Under the pieces are notes generated by a model. The model saw nothing but the letters and a program-made list of their open reading frames with translations. It was not told the DNA's origin and did no database searches. Of a stretch of DNA of 64,000 nt, positions 1-16,140 are shown piece after piece. Source of the stretch: the human T2T-CHM13v2.0 reference genome, Homo sapiens. How positions within the stretch are numbered: the first letter of the stretch is position 1; each line of letters opens with the position of its first letter. A program made the translations under genes and the position numbers. The DNA lies in the NCBI RefSeq assembly GCF_009914755.1, contig NC_060925.1; one strand, given 5' to 3'.

Positions 1-442
1 AGGGCTCATTGCACAACCCCAGAGGAGACGAGTCATACGGACCCCCAGAGTTGTGCAATGTGGCAACTTTGCCCATATTTTTCCTCTGTTTTCTTCTATC
101 ATAATTTTTATCACACTCTTACTGCAATGATTTATTTACCTGTTGGTTTCTCCCTCAGACTCTGAACTCCTCGAGGACTCTGACACAGAGTCAGGGCTCA
201 GTAAGTGCCTGCCTGAATGAAGGGATCCTGGCCCAGTTCCTGAACCCAGAAGCTGCAGCCTGGTCAGGGAGACAGAATGAATCAACGTGAGACATGTCAA
301 GAACTGAGCATGACTAGAGGTTCACACCCCTGAGGCTTTCCTAGGAGAGACCAACAGAGCTGTAAGGGAGGATGTGGTGGTCAGAGTGGGAGACTGGAGT
401 GGAGATGGAAAGAATGAGGAGGTACTTAGAAAATCCAATAGC

Positions 443-743
<301 letters not shown>

Positions 744-2477
744 AGAAAAACCAATAGCTAACACTTCTGGATTGTTCTGCTTAGGGGTGGAAGAATTTCA
801 GCCCCCTCCCCCATGATTTTCATCTGGTCTAAGGTAAAGAAAGTACATTTCAAAGCTCTTACAAGGACATTATGTATCCAGGGAGGGCCACTGTGGGTTG
901 ATGCTCTTTACTAGGCCCATTTTTTGCACAGGATAGGTGGAGGCACAGCCTGGAAGCAGGACAATGCACCCAGAGCATCTGACATCACCCTGAAAAATAA
1001 TTTGAGTGTTAGCCCCACTGCAGGCAGGGATCAGACTATAGGGCTCTTAGGAAAATGTTTCTCTTCCTCAGGATGGATTTAGACTGCATCTTTGCTGAGA
1101 ATAAACACTTGTCTTTTGTAAGGGTGTATGTGTCTGTATATTGGATCTGCATTTAAGCACCCTACGGTCATCCTCACTTGCTCTAAAAGGCCAAGTCTGA
1201 ACAATGAGGAGGAGGCATAGCTCATCACTTCTCATTGGTAGAAAGACATTAAAGGAACAGGACCACGAGGATCAAAATTGCCAAGCCTACCCTAGACTGT
1301 TTGGCTGAAACCTATTTTCTGCACCCTTCCATCCTCCTTCTTTGATACTATTCTAGACTCATGGGAAGAAGAAATACTCCTACTAAGTGTTTCTTATCCT
1401 TTTGATCCTATTGCATGTGGCTTACTAGGTGAGGTTTCCTGCACAGAGTCTGGTGGATATTTTGCCCAGTGGAGAACTGAAAAGGTAGTCTTTTTGTGGG
1501 TGTGGAGAGGGAGGATCTGAGATGAGAGAACAAAGTTAGGAACCAAGTGTACCCATGAGGGACGCTGTGAAAAACTATAACAGGTTTTGGTTGTTTTTTC
1601 CTTGGGCAGTTATGTGATATGTGCAATTTTAAATTATTTCTTCTAGTTGTATTTTCCTACAAGAATTCCTGCCTCTTCGGGAAGTCTTGCATGCACATGG
1701 GCCTTGAGTTTGTGGCGCTAGAGGGGCAAGTCAGGGGGTGGGCAAATAAAGGGGGTGTAGCCCACTCCTGGCCGTCTCCTGTGGAAGTCTATGTTAAGGA
1801 AACTTCCTTGACAGGCGAGCGTGACCAGCAGTACAGCTGCGGATGAATCCTGCTGGGTGGGAGGCTCAGGCAGAGGTGGGAGGAAGGGGACCCTGACGGG
1901 GAACAAAAGGGGTGCAGTTTTCTGTAAAGGACAAGGCGATCAGGATAAGAGGCAGGGCTCCAGAAGAGGCTTAGGAGAGCCCTGGAGAGACTGTTCTGGG
2001 GACTGAGAGCTTCAAGTCTAATTCCTGGCTGGAATGGAGGGTGGCGCAAAGTCTCTGAGAATGAGGTAGGACAGTGATGGGGGGAGCTCCTCAGACTCAG
2101 TCCCGGGCCCTGGTTGCTGCCTACCCACCCTGCCTTCCCTCGTGGAGCCAGGCTGTGGGCCTGCGCCTAGGCTTCCTTACTGCTCTCTGCTCTGCAGAAA
2201 CATCCTTGATAAGCAGGATGGCTTCTGGCCACCTCAGGATACACTCTTGTGCCACCTGCCCTATGCTTTACCTACCGCTTTTTCCTGGTGGCCAGGGGAG
2301 TCCTTACGCAGCTTGAGGAAGTCTACTACCACTTTCACTTTGACCATCTCTCCTAGAGGGAGGGGGCAAGGCTGAAAGTTTTGAGGAAGAGGAGTGGAGA
2401 GAAGGGACAGGCTCAGGAAGTTACCACTCTCCCTTCTGTGACCCTCTCCCCCAACCCCCACTTCCCATCATAAGCTT

Positions 2478-2975
2478 AGAGCCTGGAGTTTAGAGGACAG
2501 AGACCATAGCTTACTGCTTAAGGTCTAGAACCCAGCCCAGCCCAGCCCAGAGCCTAGATCCAGAGCCCTGAGCTCAAAACCCATCCTAATGCTCATACCA
2601 AAACCTAGAGCCTAGAACCCAAAGCCCAAGCCAGGCTGGTCCTAGTCTAAGGTCCAGCTCAGAATCCAGAACTAAAGCCCAGAGCCCAGAACCCAGACCA
2701 CAGAACTACAAGCACAACACAGTCCAGGCACAAAGTCCAGCCAGGTCCAAAGACCAGAGCTCAGAACTTGGAGCCAAGCCCAGGATCTACAGCCTAGCCC
2801 ACAGACCCAGAGCCCAGAATTCAGACTAAAGCTAAGCCCAGTCTGGGGACCAGAGGAGCCCAGAGTCCAGCTCAGAACTCACTCCAAAGAACCTAGGATA
2901 GACTCCATCTTAGCTCCAGAACTGAGTCCAGCCTAATAGTCATTGTGGCCTAGAATCCTAACCCCAGCCTAGCAG
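2478..2975. repeat. Degenerate repeat of about 6-nt period (AGCCCA/AGAACC/AGTCCA/AGCCTA)
   Basis: Recurrent cccagagcccagaa; gtccagctcagaa at 2652-2664 and 2865-2877. Confidence 0.75.
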
Positions 2976-3900
2976 TTCCTTGATGCTCCTCCTAGAGGCA
3001 GCCCCAAAGAAAGAAGCCAAGCCTGCACATTCAGGAGGGGAGATTCCAGACCCCAACCCTACTACTGGCAGGAGAAAACAAGGGAATGGTGTTTGTGTGT
3101 GTTAGAAGGGGAATGTTCTGTGGTCCTCCTGGTAGTGGTCTGGAGGGTATATCCTGGGGATTCAGAGACCAGGCAAAACATGGCCTGGTGTTTTCTCTGC
3201 AAGGGCTCCCCCTCAGAACCCCAAGGGGATAGAATGCAGAGGGCTGGCACTGCTAAATTGCAGTGTGACCTTGGACAAGGCCCTTACCTTCTCTGGGTTT
3301 ACTTTTCCCAGAAAGGAAATCAAGAGGAAATCAGAAGATGCTTTATTTAGACCCACAGACCCAGAAACATGGAGGAAGGGACTATTACAGATAAGCCTTT
3401 TAATCGTGTCTTTTCTTTTTAGTGACAGGTCTTGCTATGTTGTTTAGGCTGGTCTTGAACTCCTGGGCTCAAGAAATCCTCCTGCCTCAGCCTCCCGGGT
3501 AGCTGAGACTATAGACATGCACTACCATGCCCAGCTAATTCATTTATTCTTTTATTCGTCAAACAGTTATTGAGCACATATAATAAGTAGATTTATATTA
3601 TTTAATTTTTTAAATTTGTTTTAGAGACAGAGTCTTGCTGTGTTGCCTAGGATGGAGTGCAGTGGTGCCATCATAGCTCACTGCAGCCTCGAACTCCTGG
3701 GCCGAAGTGATCCTCCCGCCTCAGCTTCCTGAGTAGCTAGACTACAGGTGCACGTCACCATGCCCAGGTAATTATTTTATTTTTGTAGATACAGGATCTC
3801 AGTGTGTTGTCTGGGTTGGTCTTGAACCCCTGGGCTCATGCCATCCTCCCACCTCAGCCTCCCAAAGTGCTGGGATTACAGGTGCCGGCCCAATAAGTAG

Positions 3901-4221
<321 letters not shown>

Positions 4222-4972
4222 TGACAGTAAGTAGATTTTAAACAGGGGCATAAAATGGTCTGATTTTATTTTAAAAATTGGTCTGTTTTTGGAGATGGGA
4301 TCAGAGGGGAACACTTAGGCATTGCTGCAACAGTCCAGAAGAGATGGGATGAAGGTCTGAAGATAGCAAGTGGCAGTGTCATCTTTATAAAGCACAGATG
4401 TGGTCATTTGACTCTTCTGTTAAGAATCCTTTCGGTGGCTCCCCACAGTCTTCAGGATGAGAATGCAAGGCCTCCTTCTATCTTCTTGGCCTCAGGGGCC
4501 ACCAGTTTCCCATACAGCAGCCCAAGCTGCTCACTGATTCCGCTCCCCACACCCTCCATCATGCCTCCATGTCTGTGGTGTTCCCTTTGCCGGGCATGCC
4601 CTTACCCATCACGGGAACTCCTTCTCAACCTTCCGCGCTCAGCTCCATTATCACCTCCTCTGTTAAGCTTTGCCAGACCACCACGCCCAAACGGAATCTG
4701 GTGTTCTCAGTTTTGTACATGCAGGCCTTTGCCAAATCATTTTGTTAGTTAGTTTGTTTTTTCACAGAGTCTCGCTCTCTGTCGCCCAGGCTGGAGTGCA
4801 GTGGCGCAATCATATCTCACCGTAACCTCCACCTCCTGAGCAATCCTCCCATCTCAGCCTCCTGAGTGGCTAGGACTACAGGGGTGCACCACCACACCCC
4901 AGCTCACTTTTTTATTTTTTATTTTTCATAGAGACAGGATCTCCCTATGTTGCCCAGGCCCCTGTCATCCTA

Positions 4973-5134
<162 letters not shown>

Positions 5135-7164
5135 TCAAGCCCAGGACAACATAAGGAGATTTTTGTTCTTTTATTTTTGAGATCCTCCCTATGTTGCCCT
5201 GGTCTCGAACTCCTGAGCTCAAGAGATGCTCCTGCCTTGGCCTCCCAAAGTGTTGGGATTATAGGTGTGAGCCACTGTGCCTGGGCCAAAATAATTTTGT
5301 AACAGTCTGCTGTGTTTATCTCCACAACTAGATGTGACTCCTTCAAAGGACAAGATCATCCATACCTCATTCATATATATTGCTGGGTGGGCCAAGAGTA
5401 AATTTAATGAATATATTGACAAGGCCACCTTTATATCTCCAAGTATCCTTTTACATAATTTTTTTCCTTAAGGTTCCCATGTTCTACATTTTTAATCTTG
5501 GAACATGGTAAGGAACTTGTTTTGCCATTTTCTATTAATCGAAGACATATATCCTGCCAATCAGAGGGAAAGGATAAAGGAACAAAATGAACATTTGTTG
5601 AGAGCGAACTGTAACGCTTGTTTTGCACACATATTGTCTCACTGGATCCTGAGGATGCCACTATGAGGTATTATTACAGATCATATAAATAAGACTCAGA
5701 GAAGTTGTGACCTGCCTAAAGTCACATGGCTAGCTAGTGACAGAAATGGATTCAAACCCTGATGGGGCTGACTCCAGGCCCACATAGCCCCACCTATGCT
5801 GTTATCTCTTGCTCTTAATCAGCATGAGATCACAGCGTCGCTGTGCTGATTCTGAAGCCAGCCACCCAGAGCTGGAGGTCTTGGCTTGCCACAGTGGAGG
5901 AAGTAGCCGTCACAAAGCTCTGGGTTGCCCAACATGCTTTTTGTGCAGATGGGCAAAAGGAGGCCCGAAGAGGGGGAACGACTCCAGGGGTGCCCAAGGC
6001 AGATTCTGCTTCTGCCACCCTGGTCTGAGTCCAGCAAGTCACTTACTCTAAAAGGCCCTTCCAACTCTGAGAGGGTCCAGGCTAGCAGACCAAGGCAATG
6101 TCTCCTTGCAGGAATGTGGTGTGAGCATGAGGGCAGGGCTCTGGGCAGCCAGGAAGAAAGAGGTATTCCTCAGGCTTCAGCCCCCTCGCTGTCCTCTGAG
6201 GCCACCCGGTAGCTTGGTCCAACCACTGGGGCTCCCTTAGAGGTACACTTTGGCCTCGGATGGCGTAGCTGTCTGTGCCAAGGCTGGCGTTGCGCAGCTT
6301 CTCACACTCTGTCATTCTTAACGTCTTCTTGGCAGTCAGTCTCTCTGAAAAAGTAGAGCTGTCTTTGTCTTCTGGGGAGGATCCTGACCGTGGGAAAGTC
6401 TAGGATGAGAAGATGCTGGGACACAGGTTGGTGGTGGGAAGGGCACCAGCTGTCCTAAAGAATCTCTGGGTGCTCTCCATGCCCCTCAGCCCCCCAAGAA
6501 CTGAGGCTCAGCAGCCAGCCCAGTCTCAAGGCCCGCAGAGGGCCTCCCTGTGGCATGGTCCATAGCCTCATGAGATCAGATGGATCAGCCATGAGGCTGT
6601 ACCTACGCCACTATTGCCCAACCAACATCCAGGCAGGAACTGGCAGCCTCAAGTGGCTTCAAGGGCCCTCAAATACTTCCTGCCCGAAGAGCCTCTCTTG
6701 GGACCCTCAAGAGTCTCTCCTTCCTATTTTCTGTCCTACCTGCTTCCCCACAGGGCAAACAAAGGGGCAAGATAGGGAACAGGCTGAGGCATCCCCATCA
6801 CAGCAGATGTTCCAGGAAGCCCTTGCTGCAGAGCATGCCCAACCTTTACCTCTCCAACCTGACCATTCCCGTAGAGCACTTCCCAAGATATCAATTTCCT
6901 AGTGACCGTAGAGCCAAGTGTGTTTCAAGGCATGGGCATGGCTCCTTTTCTCCAGAAGTCAGGTGGTAGATCTGCCAGTTAGGGACTGAAGAGATTTTAG
7001 CACTGGATAATAGACTGCAAGCTACCCCACCTGGCAACGCCAGAATCCAGCAGCACTTTCACTCAGCAACAGTCTCCTAGCACCAACACCCCAACAGCCC
7101 CACCTGGTAATCCTGCCCTGACAGCATCGCACTATGTTGGAAATACCACCTCGAGCCACCAGAG

Positions 7165-7692
7165 CACATGTGAGAGTGCCAAGCAGGTGACGAGAGATTC
7201 AAGTGCACATTTTGACCTATGACTTGGGGTTTTATATGTTGGCATGTTTCTGAGGTTGAATTACTTCTCCCCTGATTCTGCCCTTGGCCTGCCAGTACTT
7301 GAGAGGGACTGGCCAGAACTTGAGAGGGGCCGCATGTGCAGTGTGTCTACTGAAGTTGTGCGCATGCTCACTTGAGGCATTTTTCCCTTTACCAGTCAAG
7401 CATTCCTAAAGGAAGTTCATGTACCAGTTAAACTCCACCATTTTCCCTCTTAGTGCACATGCTTGACCCTATTTACCCAACTCCTGAGATGTTATCGGGA
7501 AGCTGCTGATGACCAGTTTCAGATTTTTCCATCTATTGGGAGATTCTTTCCCTGTTGCTGGCTGCGACCAATTAATACTTTAGAGAGACAGTTTGACAAC
7601 CACCTGACTATCACCTGATGGTTGCCTGACATTCTTGGGAATGTCGGGAGTGCCTCTCCTACCCTGCTCATGTGTGACTACCTACTGTAACG
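7165..7692 (-). mobile_element. MER50-type ERV1 LTR (partial solo LTR)
   Basis: The minus strand starts (c)gttacagtaggtag...catgagcagggtaggagag...gaatgtcaggcaaccatcaggtgat, matching my recall of MER50; left boundary approximate. Confidence 0.8.
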
Positions 7693-9432
7693 CTGCCACA
7701 GAGTGTGAAGCTGTCTGTCCCTCAGGAAAGAGTTCTCGTTCTTGCTCCTGCTGTTCTAGATGGAAAGAATATTGCTATGAAGAAGGGGCCCAGGTCTCTG
7801 CTCCAGTCTCCTCGTGAGACTGCCCTCTGCCCACTATGGACTGGAGCCTTAGCAAAGCCTCATGGGCTTATGCCCATAATGCCAGCACTTTGGGAGGATC
7901 GCTTGAGGCTGGAGTTCCAGACCAGCCTGGGCAACATAAGGAGACCCCATTTCTATTATAAAAATAAGAACAAAACACTTAGCACAGTACTTGCCCAGCA
8001 TACAGTGCATGCTCAATAATTGGGAGATGTTGTATTGGCAGTGTCCTGATTCAGTTAATGGTGCATGAGTGCTGGAGAGCTCAAGTGTTTAGGAAAAAGC
8101 CTCAAACTGTGTTTTTCCTCTACTCTCACACTACCACCACAATAATCATCAACACAGAAGACATCTGTGACCAAAGGTGTGGGAATTTTTCCCCATACCA
8201 AATGCATAGTGTTGGTGATAGTGTCAGATATGTGGAGATAATGTCAGATTTCACAGGTTGAGGGCTCAGCCCATGAGACTGCTCCCCAACCCTAACCCTA
8301 GACACCAGTCACAAGCCCAGGCCTCTGGAACTTCTGACCTACTGGCTTCAAGTGGGGTTCCCATGACCCTCTCTTTGAGTTCTATTAATTTACTGGAACA
8401 GCTCACAGAACTTGGGTGAACACATTTACAAGTTTATTATAAAGCATATTACAAAGGAAACAGATGAAGATATGTATAGGGCAAGGTATGGGGGAAGGAG
8501 CATGGAGCTTCCATGCCCTCCCTGGGACCCCACCCTACAGGAACCTCCATGTGTTCAGCTAGCCAGAAGCTCTCCAAACCCAGTCCTCGGACCTCGGCAG
8601 GTAAAGAGAGGGCAGGAGAAAGTCAGAGAGATTCTGTTTCCTGAGCCCTGTCTCTGAGCCCTAACATCAACATTATAACAAAAGACTAACAAAGGCTATG
8701 GGAGTTATGAGCCTGGAACTGTAGACGAAAACCAATACATGTATTTAACACCACAGGCCACCCCCTGGTTTTCAAACACAGATCCCTTACATCAAAAGAT
8801 GTCAGAGCTGAGAGATTAGAAAAAAGAATATACATTTCAAAAGATACTGCCACATCATTAGAATCCCATTCAGTCATTAATAATTAGTCCAGTCCATCAT
8901 ATTGTATGAACATCTCCCACACTGAGGCCACTCAGGTTTGCAGGTTTCTTTTTCTTTTTTATTATTTTAACTTTTTTTTTTTTAATAGAAATGTAGTCTT
9001 GCTTATTGGCCGCGTGGACTCAAACTCCTGGCCTCAAGCGATCTTCCTGCCTCAGCCACCCAAATGCTGGGATTACAGGTGTGAGTCACTGCACCTGGCC
9101 CAGGTTTCCTTTTAATCTTGTTAAGTTCCAAAAGCAGGAGTGGTCTTGGCAAACATAGAGCTTCACTCTTTCAGGCATTGTGTAATTGAGCTAAGAGACA
9201 ATGTCATCTCCGGCTCTGAGCCTATTTTAAGGTGTTAATGTAACCCATCTATTCATTTCTTTACTCTCAGCTGTTATTTCTCCTTTTCTCAATTTGTCAT
9301 TTATTCTTACCCAAACTTTTCCACCTCCAGAAGGGACATGAGGTTCATTCAGTGCGCTGGTCCAGATCACTGGTAGCAATGCTAGTCTGGCAAGTGTCTC
9401 TCCCTCAGTCCATTCCCATTCATAGAGGGTAG

Positions 9433-9869
<437 letters not shown>

Positions 9870-10337
9870 TAAGATTTAAAAACACAGTTAGTTTCTTGCT
9901 TAGAAATCATCCCTGCTTCCAGCACTTCAATTGTAGCCGTGGTCCTAGGACCACTGCTGAGGTAGAAGAGAAAAAAAAAATTTTTTTTTAGGTGATTCGG
10001 GGAAGAAAAAAGTGTACTCTTCCCTCGGCAAGAATTGCATAGTCATACCAGCATCCTCCCACCTCCTCCTCCCCACATCAACCAGAAAAACAAAAATGTA
10101 ATGAGGACCCTCCTCGCTTTTATCTCCCCCTGTTTTACATAACCATATGTTTCAATTGCCTGTTCTATTTCTCTCTCAAACTATTACTCTAAGGAGGATA
10201 TCTCCCTCTGTCCATTGTTGGACATTATGGGCGGTACAGTGTGTTCTTTGGTCTGATAAAATGACAGTTGGGCATCCAAATCCGTGCAATATCTTCTGTT
10301 CTGGTTTCATTTTTAAATTTTATTTATTTAGTTTTTT

Positions 10338-10444
10338 AAGACTAGTCAAGTGCAGTAGTAAGAAGCAGGGAAAGGGTAGAACAAGGAGTTCCATCTGTAA
10401 CTGACTGTGCACAATTGAGATAACTCAGTACCTTCAGACCAGCC
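10338..10444 (-). pseudogene. Y RNA (RNY1-like) retropseudogene with A-rich tail, inserted in the ERVL internal region
   Basis: The reverse complement reads ggctggtctgaaggtactgagttatctcaattg...cagtcagttacagatggaactccttgttctac...ctgcacttgactagtctt, matching hY1 with a small deletion; A-rich tail at about 10305-10337. Confidence 0.92.
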
Positions 10445-10462
10445 TGTGTGTTTTTTTTTTAA

Positions 10463-10967
<505 letters not shown>

Positions 10968-12171
10968 TAGCTGGGATTACAGGTGCATGCCGCCACGCCT
11001 GGCTAATTTTTCTATTTTCAGTAGAGACGCGGTTTCACCATGTTGGTCAGGCTGGTCTCGAACTCCTGACCTCGTGATCTGCCTGCCTCGGTCTCCCAAA
11101 GTGCTGGGATTACAGGCGTGAGCCACCGCGCCTGGCATGACCCATTTTCAATCCCCACACTTTCAGAGGTGGGAGGATACCTTGAGGTCAGGAGTTTAAG
11201 ACCAGCCTGGGCAACATAGCAAGACCCTGTATCTGTTTAAACAAAAATTTTTAAAGACCCATTTTTAGCCCTTCCCGGGTTTCCAACATCAGTCTCACTT
11301 GCCAGTTGTGTTTAGGGCCTTCCCATCAGGAAATCTGTTCCATAGCCATTGGCAGTCTCTGTCTCTCTTACCGACCAACAGAGCAGTTTTTACTGGCATT
11401 ATGTGCCTGAGAGGAAGCAAAAGGAACATGTCTAGATTCAGCCCATCTCTATACTGCTGCAATACCCCCATATCCACTCATTTCATGGACACAGGTGGCC
11501 ACCTCTAGGGAGTACACAGAGATATCTGCTTGTCAACTCTAGTCACCTTCTGAATGCGAAAGGGAGTTCTGACAGGTGTTAACTTATTCTACTGTAATAC
11601 ACCCCTCAAATTTCCATAGAGCCATGCTCCGTATGGGCATCCTTTAATAAGCCAGGTTTCCATTGCCCTTTTACCTGAGTGTATGGCCAAGCCATTGGTC
11701 ACTGCCCATAAGTCAGTAGAAACCCAAACACAAGGGCTTCCATCACTGTTCAATTCTTCCATTACTGTTAGAAAAACAGCATGCAGCTCAGCCCACCAAG
11801 TTGATCTATTTTTACCATCCAAACAGGATGTTGTTCATTCACTTCGGAACTGCAGTCTGTAAACCAAGCACCTTGGGCTGGCCACTGTGGCTCACACCTG
11901 TAATCTCAGTGTTTTGGGAGGCTAAGGCAAGCGGATCACCTGAGCCCAGGAGTTCAAGGCCAGCCTGGGCAACATAGCGAGACCTTGTCTTAAAAAACAG
12001 AAACAAAAATAAGCCAGGCATGGTGGCTTGTACCTGTAGTCCCAGTTACTCGGGAGGCTGAAGTGGATGGATCGCTTGAACCCAGGAGGTCAAGGCTGCA
12101 GTGAGCCATGATTGAGCCACTGCAGTACAGCCTGAGTGACAAAACAAGACCCCATCTCAAACCACTCCCTA

Positions 12172-12621
<450 letters not shown>

Positions 12622-13655
12622 TCAGTGTCTGTCTTGGGGTAAAGAGGCTCTCTGCTTGAGTGTCTCCTCCTTGCACTCTTCAGGTAGCACGATCCTGTAT
12701 AAACCATTTTGATTTTATTATGAAACACTTCTGGGCACTGCCATCCCCATTAGAGTATTTCTCTGATATCACTGAAAACATCATGGGTATTTCAGGTTTC
12801 AAGATTATTTTATGCCCTTCGGTCATAGGGACAGCTTTAGTTTATGTTCCATAACAAGGTAGTAAATACCCTTCAAGTGGAAATTCTCTAGTCCAAAGTC
12901 CCAGGAGTCGTTGCTGGGAAGTGCTCACAGCCTTTTGCCAAAAGGCCAGGAAATGTTCAACATAGGGCTATCGAATGAAGAATTTGAACCTACTGGTATT
13001 CTATCTTCTACTCTGCACCATGTGGGCTTGGCAGACTTATAGGTTACCGTTTAGCATGTTCAATTAATAATGCTTGAAGGGCAGATTTACATGCCTTCTG
13101 TTTTACAAAACCAGGTAGGGGAAACATTCTCCAATAAGATACAGTGTTCATTCCCATGCTACAATCAGGTAAAAGAGATGCAACCACTTCACATGAGGTG
13201 TATTCAAATATACCAACTTTCAAAATCCTATCAACTCTTACATTTTTATGTCCTAGTTTCAGGAACTTCTCCATCCCTAGACCATTTTACCCACTCTTGT
13301 GCAAAAAGCTTTGGGTTCCCAGCCAGGGGTTGAGCCAAAGGACCCTGGCCCTTTTGCTTTTGGCTATCTTTATCTTTTTTTTTTTTAGACAGGGTCTCGT
13401 CCTGTCGCCCAGGCTGGAGTGCAGTGGTACAACCATGGCCCACTGCAGCCTCAAACTCCTGGGCTCAAGTGTACCTCCTATCTCAGCCTCCTGAGTAGCT
13501 GGGACTACGGGCACGTGACACCATGTCTGGCTAATTTTTTGAATTTTTTTTTTTTAATATGGGGTCTCCTTACGTTGCCCAGGCTGATCTTGAACTCCTG
13601 GCCTCAAGTGATCCTCCTGCCTCAGTCTCCCAAAGGGCTGAGATTACAGACATAG

Positions 13656-13832
<177 letters not shown>

Positions 13833-14248
13833 TAGTAGAGGCGGCGTTTCACCATGCTGGCCGGGCTGGTCTTGAACTCCTGACTTCAAGTAATCTGCCC
13901 ACCTCGGCCTCCCAAAGTGCTGGGATTACAGGCGTGAACCACCACACCCTGCCTTGATCTACATCTTGATTAATCTGTTTGACCGTTTCCCTAGGCAATT
14001 TCAGATCAGATTTCTCATTGTAATCTCTGCCTTCCAGATTTTTCAATTTCTCCCAGCTGGGGGAAATATAGGAAACTGGTTTGGGGCCCTTTAACATTGG
14101 GGACCAGTAAGGGTTCCCTTTGGTCCACCCAGGCTTCAAAAGTGTTGTATTAAGATCTTTGTTTTAAAGCCATCAATTTTCATTTTATTCATTCAGTTTT
14201 GAAAATAACCATTTAAAGATTTTCACCCCATGGGGATGAGTCCCATAA

Positions 14249-14473
<225 letters not shown>

Positions 14474-16122
14474 TAGCCAGGATGGTCTCGATCTCCTGAC
14501 CTCGTGATCCGCCCACCTCGGCCTCCCAAGGTGATGGGATTACAGGCGTGAGCCAACGCGCGCGGCCAACTCTCCCTTTCTTTTTCCTCTTAGTTTCATC
14601 CCATCAACCCTATCAATGTTTTCTTTCTTTTTTTTTTTGAGATAGGGTCTCACTCTGTCACCTGGGCTACAGTGCAGTTGTGTGATCACAGCTCACTGTA
14701 ACCTTGACTTCCCAGGCTCAGGTGATTCTCCCACCTCAGCCTCCTGAGTAGCTGGGACTACAGGCACGTGCCACCATGCACGGCTAATTTTTAATATTTT
14801 TTTGGAGAGACAGGTTTCGCCATGTTGCCCAGGCTGGCCTCAAACTCCTGGGCTCAAGCGATCTGCTTGCCTTGGCCTCCCGAAGTGCTGGGATGACAGG
14901 CCTGAACCACAACGTCTGGCTAAATGTTTTCTTTATTCATCTTATTTCTTAATAACCGTTTAAAAATTTCAGTCTTCTTAGGATGAGTCTTTTGACTCTA
15001 CCTTTTGCCTTTTCTCATTCTCTTGTTAACTAACCTTATGCTTTCATTAGCATCTCTAAGACCCATGAATGGAAGCTGAGACAGCAAATTTGAACTGCTG
15101 TTTGATTCTGCAGGAGTAAGCTTACATGGGGTGCCAGTGTAGAAGAGGCTCCTTTAACCACAGCACTTAGCATGACTTGGGTAATGGGCATCTTCAGTGG
15201 GTGAATGTCCCTGCCATCATAAAGCCAGTCCCATATGGCTTGCATATGAAGCATATGGGCTGCTTCATCTGGGGTGGTCCCCTTGGCATTTCTAGGTGGA
15301 GTTGGACAGTCCCCGCTTCTCAGGGTAAATAGATATTATAGTGGCTTTTATCCAGTCCACTGGATAAAACCAGTCCAAGGCTGGTCATTCCCTCAGAAAT
15401 ACATCTTTTGTGTGTCTGAATCACATATACCCATCTGCCATTGTTCAGTAGTGAGCTGTGGGTCCTGCATCAACCCAAACAGGCTCTTCCACTCCGCAGC
15501 AATTAAAACCAAAGATCCTGCTCCTAAACTACTTACTCACAGAATTCATTTTCGTAAAAGTTCCTCAGGAAGCTGATGATAAGGATCTACAAAATGGAAT
15601 AATTCCTTCACACTATGCCCTCTGGTTTCAATAGTTACTTGGTTTTGCCCTCCTCCCACAGTGATTACTTTCTTGGTAAACACAAGTCTTAGAAGTACTT
15701 TCTGTTGTCTCTGCATAATTCTGCCCTGTGGGGGCAGCTTTGAGGCTGGTGGCCTAAATTCAGACTGATTGAGGTCTAAGCTGGTCTAGCACCAAGGTCT
15801 CACCCAGCATTCTCTTTTAATTTCACGTTAGCCATTACAGATAATAACCAAGGAACTGAATATTTAGCTTTTTTTTCTTATTAATTTGCATTTCCTTATG
15901 CATGTAGTCAATCAACTCCCTGGGAGTTGGAGCCATCTCTAAATTTCCCTGGTATCTTTGACTTTTAGTACCTAATCTAGGTACATACTACGTGTGTCCC
16001 TGTGGCTTCATACTATGGGTGAGCACATGGCCACCCAGGAATCAAAGGTTCCTCATCTTTCATCTTTTTGTACTTTCTTTTCCCAAACCACATGTTTCCT
16101 TGAGCCTGGATCAGCCCAGAAT

Positions 16123-16140
16123 ATCCCACTCCTGACACCA
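16123..16140 (-). other. Retroviral primer-binding site for tRNA-Leu(CAG)
   Basis: The + strand atcccactcctgacacca equals the 3'-terminal 18 nt (including CCA) of tRNA-Leu-CAG as I recall it; it lies 2 nt from the LTR edge. Confidence 0.88.

Noticed and set aside
1715-1728. CTCF-like gcgctagaggggc
   Set aside because: Two mismatches at informative positions; too weak without ChIP data
16123-16140. tRNA-like sequence
   Set aside because: Only the 18-nt 3' end next to an LTR, so a PBS rather than a tRNA gene
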